Source of the DNA: Nibricoccus sp.
GTDB lineage: Bacteria > Verrucomicrobiota > Verrucomicrobiia > Opitutales > Opitutaceae
Assembly: GCA_047602425.1 (NCBI GenBank)
Contig: JASGHG010000001.1
Location: forward strand, 1,152,001 to 1,216,000
DNA: 64,000 nucleotides
Reading direction: 5' to 3'
Positions within the stretch are counted from its first letter, which is position 1. Each line of letters starts with the position of its first letter. Below are positions 1 through 10,367 of the stretch, in pieces. Position numbers and translations under genes: made by a program. Under the pieces are notes generated by a model. It did no database searches. It had not been told where the DNA came from and saw only the letters and a list, made by a program, of their open reading frames with translations.

Positions 1-1
1 C

Positions 2-1639
2 CTCGTCCAAGGTTTCGTCAGCAAACGTCGTAACAGGATTGGCTGTTCCTGCACGCAAAACTGAAATCGTCTCGGCATTGTCCGCTCGCTGCGCCCGCAA
101 CAAATCGCCTCTCGTGACGATCCCGACCAGCCTCCCTTCATCCGCAATCAAAGTCGCTTGCCGGCGCGAAAATTCGGAATCGATCTGCGCGATTTGTCCG
201 GACAGCGCCTCCATGGTGGTATCGGCAGAAACCACTGGCGGCGTGCGATCCATCACGTCGCCAACCCGCATGAGTGTGAAAATGTCCACGCTGTATTCGC
301 GCGCAACGTGCTGCCCGCGTCGGGCGAGTTTTTCCGTCAAGATCGAACGCTTGAGCAACAGCACGGTCACGCACAAGGCGGCCACGCTTCCGGCAACAAG
401 TGTCGGCAGGACGTGAAGGTCGTGGGTCAGTTCCAACACGAAAACAATACCGGTCAGCGGCGCGCCCATTGTTCCTCCCATCATTGCCGCCATGCCCACC
501 AATGCCCAAAGCCCCGGATCGCTAATGCCCGAGAGCGCGCCGAGAAAAGAACCGACGGCCCCGCCCACCATTAAAAGCGGAGCCAGCACGCCACCCGAAG
601 TTCCAGAACCAAGTGCTATCGCCCACACGATGCCTTTGGCAAAAACAAGGCTGACCAGCGCCGCTCCCACGATCTCTCCCCGCATCAAGCCATGAATGGT
701 TTCGTAACCGACACCGAGCACGCGCGAATCCACCAATCCTCCCAAGCCCACGAACAAGCCGCCGACGGCCGGCCACCACATCCAGTGGATAGGCAACTTC
801 GCGAAGCCGTCCTCACATGCATACACAAGCGCGGTGAGCAATCCGGACATCAAACCCACACCGACGCCGATCAAAATCGCCACCGCCAAATTTTCCGGAG
901 CCAGCAACGCATGCTGCATGACCGTGAAAATTGGCGGTAAACCCAAAAGCGGCACGCGCACGACAGATGCCACCATCGCCGCCGTGGCCACCGGAATGAA
1001 GCTGCGCGGCTTCCATTCAAAAAGCAAAAGCTCAACTGCCAGCAATATCGCAGCCGTCGGCGTCGCAAAAACGGCAGTCATTCCCGCAGCCGCGCCAGCG
1101 ACCAAAAGCGTTTTTCTTTCCGACGAGGTCAAATGGAACAATTGCGCAAAGATAGAGCCAAAGGCTCCACCAGTGACAATAATGGGGCCTTCCGCGCCAA
1201 ACGGACCTCCAGTGCCGATCGAGATCGCGGACGAAATCGGTTTCAAGATCGCGACCCTCGGCTTCATCAGGCTTCGGCCGAGTAGAATTGCCTCCAGCGC
1301 CTCGGGAATTCCATGCCCCCGAATTTTCTCGGATCCGAAACGCGCCATACATCCGATCACCAATCCGCCCACAACAGGCACAACCACACCCCACCAGCCA
1401 AAATGATGTCCGGTCAACGTCACCGACTCCGACGACCATCGTAGAAAAAAGGCCGCGTTCGTGAAAACCGCGATCAGCCAAAGCAACGCCTTTGCGACGA
1501 AGGCCGCGACCGCGCCGATCGGAATCGCAAGCGCGCATAACAAAAGCACCCGTCGGTTCGTGGTAAAGTCGGACAGGATGCCTCGGCTATCGTGGTCTGA
1601 GGTTGAGACAGTCGTGTCGTTTTCGGCTGAGGTGGTCAT
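2..1639 (-). CDS. ClC-family anion channel/transporter, probably with C-terminal CBS region (3' end runs off window)
   Basis: Manual translation from ATG at 1639 (MTTSAEND...). ClC-like motifs GHGIPE, GGPFGAEGP, AGAAAGMTAVFATP and SGGVLAPLL; hydrophobic helices. Absent from the ORF track because there is no stop inside the window. Confidence 0.88.
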   Translation of the reverse strand, partial: MTTSAENDTTVSTSDHDSRGILSDFTTNRRVLLLCALAIPIGAVAAFVAKALLWLIAVFTNAAFFLRWSSESVTLTGHHFGWWGVVVPVVGGLVIGCMARFGSEKIRGHGIPEALEAILLGRSLMKPRVAILKPISSAISIGTGGPFGAEGPIIVTGGAFGSIFAQLFHLTSSERKTLLVAGAAAGMTAVFATPTAAILLAVELLLFEWKPRSFIPVATAAMVASVVRVPLLGLPPIFTVMQHALLAPENLAVAILIGVGVGLMSGLLTALVYACEDGFAKLPIHWMWWPAVGGLFVGLGGLVDSRVLGVGYETIHGLMRGEIVGAALVSLVFAKGIVWAIALGSGTSGGVLAPLLMVGGAVGSFLGALSGISDPGLWALVGMAAMMGGTMGAPLTGIVFVLELTHDLHVLPTLVAGSVAALCVTVLLLKRSILTEKLARRGQHVAREYSVDIFTLMRVGDVMDRTPPVVSADTTMEALSGQIAQIDSEFSRRQATLIADEGRLVGIVTRGDLLRAQRADNAETISVLRAGTANPVTTFADETLDE

Positions 1640-1661
1640 TGAAATTGAGAATTTGTCATTG

Positions 1662-1676
1662 TATCGTACTACGATA
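1662..1676. promoter_or_regulatory. Perfect 7-1-7 palindrome TATCGTA-C-TACGATA, candidate MarR operator
   Basis: Lies in the 71-bp AT-rich gap between the divergent ClC and MarR genes. Confidence 0.65.
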
Positions 1677-1710
1677 TATTTCAATAGATTTCTCTTCTTC
1701 GCCCTCAAAC

Positions 1711-2127
1711 ATGCGCCCGCGCCAGATCACAAAGTCCCACTATGAATCCCTTGCCGCGTGGCGTTATGCGCTTCGCCGCTTTTTGAATTTTAGCGAAAAC
1801 GCGGCTCGGCGGGCCAACCTCACGCCACAACAGCATCAAGCCTTGCTCGCCATCAAGGGATTCCCGAGTCGAGATTTCGCCTCCATCGCAGAGCTGGCCG
1901 AGCGCCTGCAACTGCGACATCACAGCGTGGTAGGCTTGGTCGACCGACTCGTCACACGACGACTGCTTCGCAGACATGCGTCCTCGATGGACAAGCGGAG
2001 AGTTGAGCTGCGACTCACGGCCCATGGCGAGAGGATCATCGAGCGATTGTCGGCCATTCACCTTCAAGAATTGCGGCAGCTCGGACCTGAGCTCCAACAG
2101 CTTGTGGGCGCGTTGTCCAAAAACTAG
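1711..2127 (+). CDS. MarR-family transcriptional regulator
   Basis: LTPQQHQALLAIKG...IAELAERLQLRHHSVVGLVDRL...DKRRVELRLT winged-helix pattern. ATG at 1711 preferred over the track start, which overlaps the ClC gene. Confidence 0.9.
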   Translation: MRPRQITKSHYESLAAWRYALRRFLNFSENAARRANLTPQQHQALLAIKGFPSRDFASIAELAERLQLRHHSVVGLVDRLVTRRLLRRHASSMDKRRVELRLTAHGERIIERLSAIHLQELRQLGPELQQLVGALSKN

Positions 2128-2185
2128 CGCGACGACTTCCTGCCGGCTCTTTACGCGCTACATTACCGTTTAAAATACTTATCTC

Positions 2186-3166
2186 ATGACAAAAATATAT
2201 AACGATATCACAGAAACAATCGGCAACACGCCCTTGGTCCGACTTAATCGCACGGCTGCCGTACACGGCGCACAGGCAGAAATCCTCCTGAAACTCGAAT
2301 TCTTCAATCCCCTCTCCAGCGTCAAAGATCGCATTGGCTTTTCAATGATCGCCGATGCATTAAGCTCCGGGAAAATCGACTCAAAAACCGTTCTGATTGA
2401 ACCAACCAGCGGCAACACCGGCATTGCACTGGCCTTCGTCGCGGCGGCAAAAGGAATAAAGTTGATCCTGACCATGCCGGAAACGATGTCGATCGAGCGG
2501 CGTAAAATTCTCAAAATCCTTGGCGCGCGTTTGGTTCTTACAGAAGGTTCTAAAGGCATCAAAGGTTCGATCGCCAAGGCCGAGGAATTGGCCGCCAAGA
2601 TCCCCAATAGCATCATCCTTCAACAATTTTCCAATCCCGCGAATCCCGCCATTCATCGTAAAACCACCGCGGAAGAAATCTGGCGCGACACCGATGGCAA
2701 AGTCGACATCGTGGTCTCCGGCATTGGCACGGGCGGGACCATTACTGGCGTCGGCGAAGTCCTGAAAGCCCGGAAACCTGCGGTGAAAATGATCGCAGTC
2801 GAGCCCGATACTTCTCCCGTGCTTTCCGGCGGCCAGCCCGGACCTCATAAACTGCAAGGCCTCGGGGCGGGGTTTGTGCCCGCAGTATTGAATACCAAAA
2901 TCTACGACGAAGTGATTCGAGTCAAAGAAGCTGACTCGGGGCCTGTCAGCAAACAGGTCAACCAGCTCGATGGGATTCCGATCGGCATTTCCTCGGGCGC
3001 GGCGGTTTGGGCGGCGCTGCAACTCGCGAAACGTCGGGAAAACATGGGCAAACAAATCGTGGCCATCATTCCCTCCTGCAGCGAACGCTACTTATCGTCC
3101 TGGCTGTTTGCGGACATCGGAATCGAAAGCGATGCCATCGACGATCTTCTCGGCGAACCCCGCTGA
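2186..3166 (+). CDS. cysK: Cysteine synthase A (O-acetylserine sulfhydrylase)
   Basis: [24 protein letters not shown] (PLP Lys), [25 protein letters not shown]. Confidence 0.95.
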   Translation: MTKIYNDITETIGNTPLVRLNRTAAVHGAQAEILLKLEFFNPLSSVKDRIGFSMIADALSSGKIDSKTVLIEPTSGNTGIALAFVAAAKGIKLILTMPETMSIERRKILKILGARLVLTEGSKGIKGSIAKAEELAAKIPNSIILQQFSNPANPAIHRKTTAEEIWRDTDGKVDIVVSGIGTGGTITGVGEVLKARKPAVKMIAVEPDTSPVLSGGQPGPHKLQGLGAGFVPAVLNTKIYDEVIRVKEADSGPVSKQVNQLDGIPIGISSGAAVWAALQLAKRRENMGKQIVAIIPSCSERYLSSWLFADIGIESDAIDDLLGEPR

Positions 3167-3232
3167 GCTCTTCGGATCCACCTAGGCAAACCATCATACA
3201 GATCCAACAATTCAACGTTCTTCATCGATCTC

Positions 3233-3649
3233 ATGTCCGATATTGTTCCCGCCGCCACCCTGTTCGAAAGACTGGGTGGCCGCCCGCGCCTCCTTGCCCT
3301 CTTGCGACATTTCTACGCCGATGTCAGGCAACACCGTGAAATTGGGCCGATTTTCACCGCGCAAATTCAGGACTGGCCCGCGCACCTCGAAAAAATCGCC
3401 GATTTCTGGTCCGGTGCGACCGGTGGTCCTGCGCGCTACAGCGGGCCAATGCCCTACAAACACCTAACCCTCGGTCTGGAGGAAAAACATTTCGCCGCCT
3501 GGCTCGATCTGTGGCGAAGAAATTGCCACACCCAGCTTCCACCGACAGAGGCGCGGGAAATGATCGCACTCGCCGAGGCGATTGGAGCCCGCCTGCGTCA
3601 TATTATCGCGCAAAATGAGTCCCCTCCTTTCAAAAACAGTCCCGTTTAA
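3233..3649 (+). CDS. Group III truncated hemoglobin (trHbP-like)
   Basis: FYADVR (B9-B10), IGPIF (CD1), WPAHLEKIADFW (E7 His), proximal His in YKH, HFAAWLDLW. Confidence 0.88.
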   Translation: MSDIVPAATLFERLGGRPRLLALLRHFYADVRQHREIGPIFTAQIQDWPAHLEKIADFWSGATGGPARYSGPMPYKHLTLGLEEKHFAAWLDLWRRNCHTQLPPTEAREMIALAEAIGARLRHIIAQNESPPFKNSPV

Positions 3650-3657
3650 ATTGCCCA

Positions 3658-4809
3658 ATGAAAACTTCCGATCGCTCTCCGCGCCCGGCCACGCTCTGCA
3701 TCCACGCGGGCACACATTTGGATCCGACATCCGGCGGTGCGTGCAGCCCCATCTACACTTCCACGGCGTATGCCTATCCGAACTCGACCAATGAAAATAT
3801 TTATCCCCGCTACTTCAACGTGCCGAACCAACAGGTTATCAACCGCAAGCTGGCGGCCCTGGAGCATGGTGAAGCTGCGTTGACCTTTGGTTCCGGCATG
3901 GCGGCCATCTCCACTTTACTGTTCGCCTTTCTAAGACCCGCCGACCATGCCGTTTTCCAAGCCGATCTCTATGGCGGCACCCACCATCTTGTGGCCAACG
4001 AGTTGACCCGTTTCGGTGTGGAAATCTCCTTTTGCCGGAGCACCGACGAATTTTGTGCCGCCCTTCGCGCCAATACACGTCTCATCTATATAGAATCTCC
4101 CTCCAATCCCCTGCTCCGCTGTGTGGACCTGGCCACGATCGCGGCGCTCGGGCGGGCCCGCAACGTTCTTACGGTGATCGACAACACTTTTGCTACACCG
4201 ATCAACCAAAACCCAATTCCCCTTGGTATCGATGCGGTCATTCACAGCGCCACAAAATATCTCAATGGCCACAGCGATGTAAATGCAGGCGTCGTCATTT
4301 CTTCCGCGTCGGTGATTCACCGGCTGACCGAAAGCGCCGTCATACACGGAGGAATGCTGGACTCCCACGCCTGCTATCAGCTCGAACGCGGTCTCAAGAC
4401 ACTCGCGCTGCGCGTGCGCCAGCACAATGAGAACGCCGACCGAATTGCCCGCTATCTACAATCTCACCCAGCCATCGCCAGCGTGAATTACCCGGGATTG
4501 CCTGAACACCCCGACCACGCGATAGCGGCGCGCCAGATGCGCGGGTTTGGCGGTATGATATCGTTTGAGTTGCGCAATGCCAATTACGTGGATGAGTTGT
4601 TGCGCCGACTGCGAGTCATCATGCCCGCACTGAGCCTGGGCGGTGTCGAAAGCCTCGTATGCGTCCCCAGCCGTACATCTCATCGCACGCTGACTCCCGA
4701 TGAACGCAAACGCGCTGGAATCAGCGACGGGCTGGTTCGCGTGTCCGTCGGAATCGAAGACGTCGAGGATTTACTTGGAGACTTTGAGCAGGCGCTTTTA
4801 AAAGCGTGA
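3658..4809 (+). CDS. Cys/Met-metabolism PLP enzyme (cystathionine gamma-synthase / beta- or gamma-lyase family)
   Basis: YPRYFN, FGSGMAAI, ESPSNP, IDNTFATP, HSATKYLNGHSD, SLGGVESL, RVSVGIE. Confidence 0.92.
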   Translation: MKTSDRSPRPATLCIHAGTHLDPTSGGACSPIYTSTAYAYPNSTNENIYPRYFNVPNQQVINRKLAALEHGEAALTFGSGMAAISTLLFAFLRPADHAVFQADLYGGTHHLVANELTRFGVEISFCRSTDEFCAALRANTRLIYIESPSNPLLRCVDLATIAALGRARNVLTVIDNTFATPINQNPIPLGIDAVIHSATKYLNGHSDVNAGVVISSASVIHRLTESAVIHGGMLDSHACYQLERGLKTLALRVRQHNENADRIARYLQSHPAIASVNYPGLPEHPDHAIAARQMRGFGGMISFELRNANYVDELLRRLRVIMPALSLGGVESLVCVPSRTSHRTLTPDERKRAGISDGLVRVSVGIEDVEDLLGDFEQALLKA

Positions 4810-4888
4810 CGCTGAGAACTGGTTCCTTTTTATCCAAAGTTCCAGCGGTCCGATTTGCTTAAAGGACTGCCTCGGCAACATTCATAGT

Positions 4889-6736
4889 GTGTCACGCCAC
4901 CATCCGCCCCAGCGACTTCCCGAATCTCCCAAAGCCAAACTCGACTGGGCGTCGTTGCGCGAGACGGTCGACATCCTCCGCTACTTAAAACCCTATCGAC
5001 ACCGGTTTTTCTTTGGATTGGTGAGCTTGTTCGTTAGCAGCATAGCCGGACTTTGTTTTCCCTTGCTCGCAGGCGGATTGATCGACGCCGCCCTGCACCC
5101 TGGCGGTGCCAAATTGCCGATGGTGGGCATACTTTCGCTCAATGGCACAGCCGCGATGCTAGCGGGAACCATCACGATCCAAGCACTGGCCAATGCGAGT
5201 TCAGTCATTGCATTTGGACACGTTGGCCAAACAGCCCTTTCGGATCTGCGACGCGATACTTATGGCCGGATCATTGGGCTGCCGATGGAATTTTTCGCCC
5301 AACGGCGAGTCGGAGAATTAACGAGTCGGATTTCTGGCGATATTGCTCAGTTGGAGTCGGGCCTGATCTTCGCCATACCCCAGCTTTGCCGGCAAACCGT
5401 CGCGTTGATCGGTGGTGTGACTCTCCTCGCCTTCACGTCGGGCAAGCTGACGCTGACCATGCTTTGCTCGGTGCCCTTGCTCATTGCTGGTGCCGTGACC
5501 TTCGGCCGAAAACTGCGCAGACTGGCGCGTGACGCACAGGACCGCCTGGCTGAAACCGGAACAATTGTTGAAGAAACGCTCCAGGCTATCGCGAGCGTCA
5601 AGGCGTTCGCCAACGAAGCGTTCGAGCTCAATCGCTACCGCCAAACCAACGAAGGCGCCCTTGATACCGCGCTGACAGCGGTGCGCTGGCGGGCGGCGTT
5701 TTTCGCGGCTTTCACCATATCGCTTTTCGGCGGAATGGTGATCGTGCTTTGGTTTGGGGCCGGCCTTCTCCAAACGGGACAGATCACGACCGGTGAACTC
5801 ACGCGTTTTGTTCTCTATAGCACCTTCGTTGCGGGTGCGATGGGCCATGCCGCCGAACTCTATAGTCAGGTACAAAAGACCGTCGGCGCAAGTCAGCGTG
5901 TGCGCGAACTGCTGCAGGAAAAAATTGAAATTTCAACAACCACACGGCAGTTGGAAACACCTGATGCCAGGACCCCGGACCGGCTCCGTGGTGAAGTGGA
6001 ATTCCAAAACGTCACCTTCCGCTATCCAGCACGCCCAGAGATCACTGTGCTGGCAGATATATCCCTCAAGGCACGACCCGGTGAAGTCACCGCGTTGGTC
6101 GGTCCGAGCGGCGCCGGTAAATCGACCCTGACCGCGCTACTTTTCAGGTTTTACGCACCTGAAAAAGGCCGCCTGCTAATTGATGGCCGCGACGCTCTCG
6201 ATTTCGATCTCGGTGCGTTGCGCGGACAGATGGCGCTCGTGCCACAAGATGTGGTTCTTTTTGGTGGTTCGATTGCTGAAAACATCCGCTATGGAAAACC
6301 CAGCGCAACGATGGAAGAAATTCGAGCGGCGGCCCAAAAGGCGAATGCCGCGGAATTCATCGAACGTTTCCCAGAAGGCTATTCGACGATTGTGGGGGAA
6401 CGAGGCGTCAAACTTTCCGGCGGACAGCGTCAGCGTGTCGCGATCGCGCGAGCCATTTTGAAAGATCCCGCCATCCTCGTTCTCGATGAAGCCACAAGTT
6501 CGCTCGACAGCGAAAGCGAACAGCTCGTCCACAGCGCACTCGAACGTTTGATGGCCGGCCGGACCACGTTTGTGATTGCTCATCGTCTCGCGACCGTGCG
6601 TCGCGCAGATCAGATCGTGGTCCTTGACCACGGCCGAATCGCCGAGCGCGGCACGCACGAAGAGCTTTCGAAAAACCCCGACGGGCTCTATCGGCGGCTG
6701 AATACGCTCCAATTTCAAAACGCCTCGATTGAATAA
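4889..6736 (+). CDS. ABC exporter, fused permease/ATPase (MsbA-like)
   Basis: N-terminal TM domain; Walker A GPSGAGKS, signature LSGGQRQR, Walker B ILVLDEATSSLD, IAHRL. Confidence 0.93.
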   Translation: MSRHHPPQRLPESPKAKLDWASLRETVDILRYLKPYRHRFFFGLVSLFVSSIAGLCFPLLAGGLIDAALHPGGAKLPMVGILSLNGTAAMLAGTITIQALANASSVIAFGHVGQTALSDLRRDTYGRIIGLPMEFFAQRRVGELTSRISGDIAQLESGLIFAIPQLCRQTVALIGGVTLLAFTSGKLTLTMLCSVPLLIAGAVTFGRKLRRLARDAQDRLAETGTIVEETLQAIASVKAFANEAFELNRYRQTNEGALDTALTAVRWRAAFFAAFTISLFGGMVIVLWFGAGLLQTGQITTGELTRFVLYSTFVAGAMGHAAELYSQVQKTVGASQRVRELLQEKIEISTTTRQLETPDARTPDRLRGEVEFQNVTFRYPARPEITVLADISLKARPGEVTALVGPSGAGKSTLTALLFRFYAPEKGRLLIDGRDALDFDLGALRGQMALVPQDVVLFGGSIAENIRYGKPSATMEEIRAAAQKANAAEFIERFPEGYSTIVGERGVKLSGGQRQRVAIARAILKDPAILVLDEATSSLDSESEQLVHSALERLMAGRTTFVIAHRLATVRRADQIVVLDHGRIAERGTHEELSKNPDGLYRRLNTLQFQNASIE

Positions 6737-6808
6737 TGCCCACTCCTCGGTTTAGCATTTCAATCGTTCGCAGTGGCACGAAATGTGGATATCAACTCTA
6801 CGGTTAGC

Positions 6809-8023
6809 ATGAAGTTCATGGACGGGAAAAAACATCCCCGCTGGTGGAGCTTGGCGCTTATGTCGCTCCTCCTGTTCGTACTCCTCGATCTTACCGTGGG
6901 CACATTGGTTTTCTGGTTCGCTCCGTATAAAATCGATAATCGCCTCTATCGATGCTTGTCGCCAATTTATCATCACGATTTGCGACCAAATATATCGGCA
7001 AAGGCAATCTGGGGATCCAACCGCTATCGTATATACACGAATTCGCTGGGTTTCAAAGACTCCGCCATCCGGGAAATTCCCCTTAAAAGTAGCGCCTGGC
7101 GTGTAGTACTGCTGGGTGATTCCTTCACCGAAGGCATAGGCTTCGCCTACGAAAACACATTCGCTGGCATTCTGCACGAGCACTTGGTGCCACGAGGGGT
7201 CGATGTCCTTAACGCGGCAGTCAGTTCGTATTCTCCAACCATTTACTATCGTAAAATGAAGTACCTGCTCGAGGAGGTGAAGCTTCAGGTCAATGAGGTG
7301 ATTGTATTCATGGACATTTCGGATATCCAAGACGAAGCATTGATCTATTCCTTGAGTGATGACGGGCGCGTAATTGACCAATCAAACCAGTCGCCTGAGG
7401 CGCTTAAAGTGCGTAAGCTCTTCATGCCTCCCTTGACCCGGATGAGCAGGCTGAAACTTCTGTTACGACAACACTCTCTCTCGGTAGCCGTCTTTGATCG
7501 ATTGAGAGACAGCTATCTTTCAAAAAAGTCAAAGAGCCCTATTGAAAATACAGGGGGACCGTTGGATCCATGGTCGCATGTACTTGAGAATAGTCGGGCT
7601 AACTGGACTTATGATTCCGATATATTCGCAGCCTACGGTGAACGAGGAATGCAACAGGCAATACGTTCCATGAATCTATTGAACGAACTTCTGCGTAAAT
7701 ATGGCGTGGGACTTACCGTTGTCGTATACCCGTGGCCGAATCAAATCGCTGCCAGAGATCGGAATTCAAAGCAGGTGCAATACTGGCAGAACTGGGCTGC
7801 GACATGCGGGTGTGAATTCGTTGACCTATTTGGCGAGTTTATCGACGGCAGTGATCCGGCAGTAATAATTCCAAAATATTATATTTATGGAGATTCTCAT
7901 TTTAATGCAATGGGGCATCAACGCGTGGCGGACGCCATGTTGAAAAAATTCCAATGGCGTGACGACAATACAAAAATACGCACAGTTGACCGCGCAGAAG
8001 AAAACCAAGGCAACAGGCTATGA
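6809..8023 (+). CDS. Membrane-anchored SGNH/GDSL hydrolase-family protein (possible glycan O-acetylation)
   Basis: N-terminal TM helix; LLGDSFTEG, NAAVSSYS, GDSHFN catalytic D-x-H. Start uncertain (6773/6809/6818). Confidence 0.8.
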   Translation: MKFMDGKKHPRWWSLALMSLLLFVLLDLTVGTLVFWFAPYKIDNRLYRCLSPIYHHDLRPNISAKAIWGSNRYRIYTNSLGFKDSAIREIPLKSSAWRVVLLGDSFTEGIGFAYENTFAGILHEHLVPRGVDVLNAAVSSYSPTIYYRKMKYLLEEVKLQVNEVIVFMDISDIQDEALIYSLSDDGRVIDQSNQSPEALKVRKLFMPPLTRMSRLKLLLRQHSLSVAVFDRLRDSYLSKKSKSPIENTGGPLDPWSHVLENSRANWTYDSDIFAAYGERGMQQAIRSMNLLNELLRKYGVGLTVVVYPWPNQIAARDRNSKQVQYWQNWAATCGCEFVDLFGEFIDGSDPAVIIPKYYIYGDSHFNAMGHQRVADAMLKKFQWRDDNTKIRTVDRAEENQGNRL

Positions 8024-8157
8024 GTTGCCACCGATAAGTTACTTCCTGCGACAGTGGGCGGCTCGCTCACAGAAAGTTGGCAAAGGCTGACGCATGATAG
8101 GAGCGCCTGCGCTCTTAAGCGAATGATCATAGAAAGAGCGCCGAACGCTGAATGGTA

Positions 8158-9138
8158 TCACTCCAACCACGCTGAAAGATTCCGTCCGATGAGATCCTGT
8201 GTTTGAAGTATTTCATCACGATAGTAGTCGACCACCAACCGACGGTCGTCGGCAGAAAGTGGGAACTGCTTTTTTCCGCGGCTATAAAACATTTCTCTCA
8301 TCGTCCGGCTCATTCTTGCCGGCAACCATCTGGAAAGAGGTGTATTGCCGGCAACCCGACGACGCAATCGATATAGCATCGGGAAACGCGGCACCCTTGT
8401 TTCGTGACACTGGTGGGACAAATCAATCGCGTGATTGGCATCCACGCCTAGGAAATCGAAGATGTCACGCAGCACCCCTCGCGCGTCAGCACAATATGTT
8501 TCATATAAATAGACACGGATCTGCTCGCGGGGAAATAATGCAAAGAAACGTTGCAGATGGGTGGCGTACAAGCCGCAATCGAGCGGGATTGGATGTCGTT
8601 GCATCCCTCGTCGGCGGTCGGGTTTCGTCCCCATTGCCTGCAATACCCAATCGCGGAACGTGACGCGGTGACCCGTGTGGAGGGTACGCAGATAGAGCGT
8701 GTGCAGCCGTTCGACTGGATCGCGAAGCACGAAGATTAGCTTGGTCCGGGGCAACCGTCGATGGATGGCCGCAGCTGAACTGGGAAACCAGAGATACATA
8801 ACACTGGCTTCGCCGATAGCGACTTGATCACCGACATTCCGGAATAGCCGCAAGTAGTCCTTCCATTTTGTAATTGTGATCGAAATGGGTTCATTTGCGT
8901 ACGTCTGCCTCTCAGCTTCGGTTAGGGTGGCAGTGATTTCCTGATCGGTCAGGGGCTTAAAATTTGGCAGGGATACGATGTCGTCGGCTGCAAAGAAATT
9001 GGGTTCCTTGACCGGACTCATAAAAACCTGAGGGTGCTGCTTCAGGTAGCAGTAAAGCGAGGTCGTCCCTGATTCACCAGCTCCCGCCACGATGAAATTT
9101 GGCGGTTTCTCAATTATCGCTTCGGAGATGGATGGCAT
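8158..9138 (-). CDS. Sulfotransferase family protein
   Basis: GAGESGTTSL..YLKQHPQVFMSPVKEPNFF, GEASVMYL, LRDPVERLHT (3'-PB motif). Confidence 0.85.
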   Translation of the reverse strand: MPSISEAIIEKPPNFIVAGAGESGTTSLYCYLKQHPQVFMSPVKEPNFFAADDIVSLPNFKPLTDQEITATLTEAERQTYANEPISITITKWKDYLRLFRNVGDQVAIGEASVMYLWFPSSAAAIHRRLPRTKLIFVLRDPVERLHTLYLRTLHTGHRVTFRDWVLQAMGTKPDRRRGMQRHPIPLDCGLYATHLQRFFALFPREQIRVYLYETYCADARGVLRDIFDFLGVDANHAIDLSHQCHETRVPRFPMLYRLRRRVAGNTPLSRWLPARMSRTMREMFYSRGKKQFPLSADDRRLVVDYYRDEILQTQDLIGRNLSAWLE

Positions 9139-9172
9139 GAAATTTTTTATTTTGTTCCTCCATATTGGTTTG

Positions 9173-10354
9173 TTACGGCCCGTGCTTCGCCTGAATCAGG
9201 CTTTCGAACAGCGCCAAGTGGGCCGACACAGAATCCGTCCAACGGACCCTGCTTCGCTCAAAGCAGCGACGCGCACCTTCGGAAATGCGGTTCCGAAGAC
9301 TTTCAGATCCGTGCAGTGCTCGCATGATTCTTACGATTGATTCGGGATCGTTAGGATGAACAAGGAAACCTTCCTCGCCATCGACGATAAAATCGGCAAT
9401 ACCTTCGCCCTTCGTACCGATGACGGGCACTCCCTGAGACATGGCTTCAAAATATACGGTGCCGAGCGATTCGCGAACACTGGGAAGCACAAATAAATGA
9501 GACTCTGCAATGCGGGTAACAACTTCGCGGTGCGAGATAGAGCCCGTAAATTGGGTGGCATCGGCAATGCCGTGGTGAACGGTGAGTTTTTTTAGACGAG
9601 GAAGTTCGGATCCATTACCGATAACGACAAGTTGAGCCTCGGGGAATTCACGACGGAATATGACAAAAGCTTCAATGAGCACGTGAATCTTCTTTCTTTC
9701 GATGAGACGTGCTGCCGTTGATATTGTAAACGCAGTGGGCCGTCGTGGTTGGAGATCATTATAGACGTCGATCGCCAGGGGGATAACGGAGGCATTGTGC
9801 GACCCAGCGACTTCAATACCGACGCGCATCAGAAGCGGTGAAAGGTAGACCACAGAATTGGCATGGCGAAGAGTGTCTGTAATCGCGCGGCGCCATGACG
9901 GTGAGACGGGAGCAATGTCGAAAAGCTCGTTATCCAACATCGAGACGACGAATTTCGCACCACCCGTCCGCCCAATCATGCAACCCGGAAGTCCGCTCGA
10001 ATGGGCATGAATAACATTTCCACCATCCTCCGAAAATAAATTCGTATAAGGCCTCAACGCCCTCCAAAAAAGGTGTCGTTGAAGCTCTATCGAAAATGGT
10101 GCTTTGCTGAAATGTGCGAGCGAAAGATATCGCGGGTGAATAATCGGGACACCGTGATCCATCTCCATTTTCGGGACAGCACGGCGACGCTGCCAACTAG
10201 CGCGTGGTATAAAAGGGGGCGCCCATGGCAGTGGCACGATGGCCTGCACTTCGTGACCGGCCGCGCGCAACAAACGAAATTGTTCATTGGAGGTAAGTCC
10301 TCGCATCGGAAGGGCTGGCGAAGGAAACTGCGGAGAAACGACAAGTATCTTCAT
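9173..10354 (-). CDS. Glycosyltransferase family 4 (GT-B)
   Basis: MKILVVS start (track start at 10648 overlaps the upstream gene); ARLIERKK, LFVLPSVRESLGTVYFEAMSQGVPVI (EX7E). Confidence 0.9.
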   Translation of the reverse strand: MKILVVSPQFPSPALPMRGLTSNEQFRLLRAAGHEVQAIVPLPWAPPFIPRASWQRRRAVPKMEMDHGVPIIHPRYLSLAHFSKAPFSIELQRHLFWRALRPYTNLFSEDGGNVIHAHSSGLPGCMIGRTGGAKFVVSMLDNELFDIAPVSPSWRRAITDTLRHANSVVYLSPLLMRVGIEVAGSHNASVIPLAIDVYNDLQPRRPTAFTISTAARLIERKKIHVLIEAFVIFRREFPEAQLVVIGNGSELPRLKKLTVHHGIADATQFTGSISHREVVTRIAESHLFVLPSVRESLGTVYFEAMSQGVPVIGTKGEGIADFIVDGEEGFLVHPNDPESIVRIMRALHGSESLRNRISEGARRCFERSRVRWTDSVSAHLALFESLIQAKHGP

Positions 10355-10367
10355 CGGAAATACCAGT

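Noticed and set aside
39..1745. Several 100-190 aa track ORFs in the first 1.7 kb
   Set aside because: Explained as shadows of the minus-strand ClC gene that the track missed.
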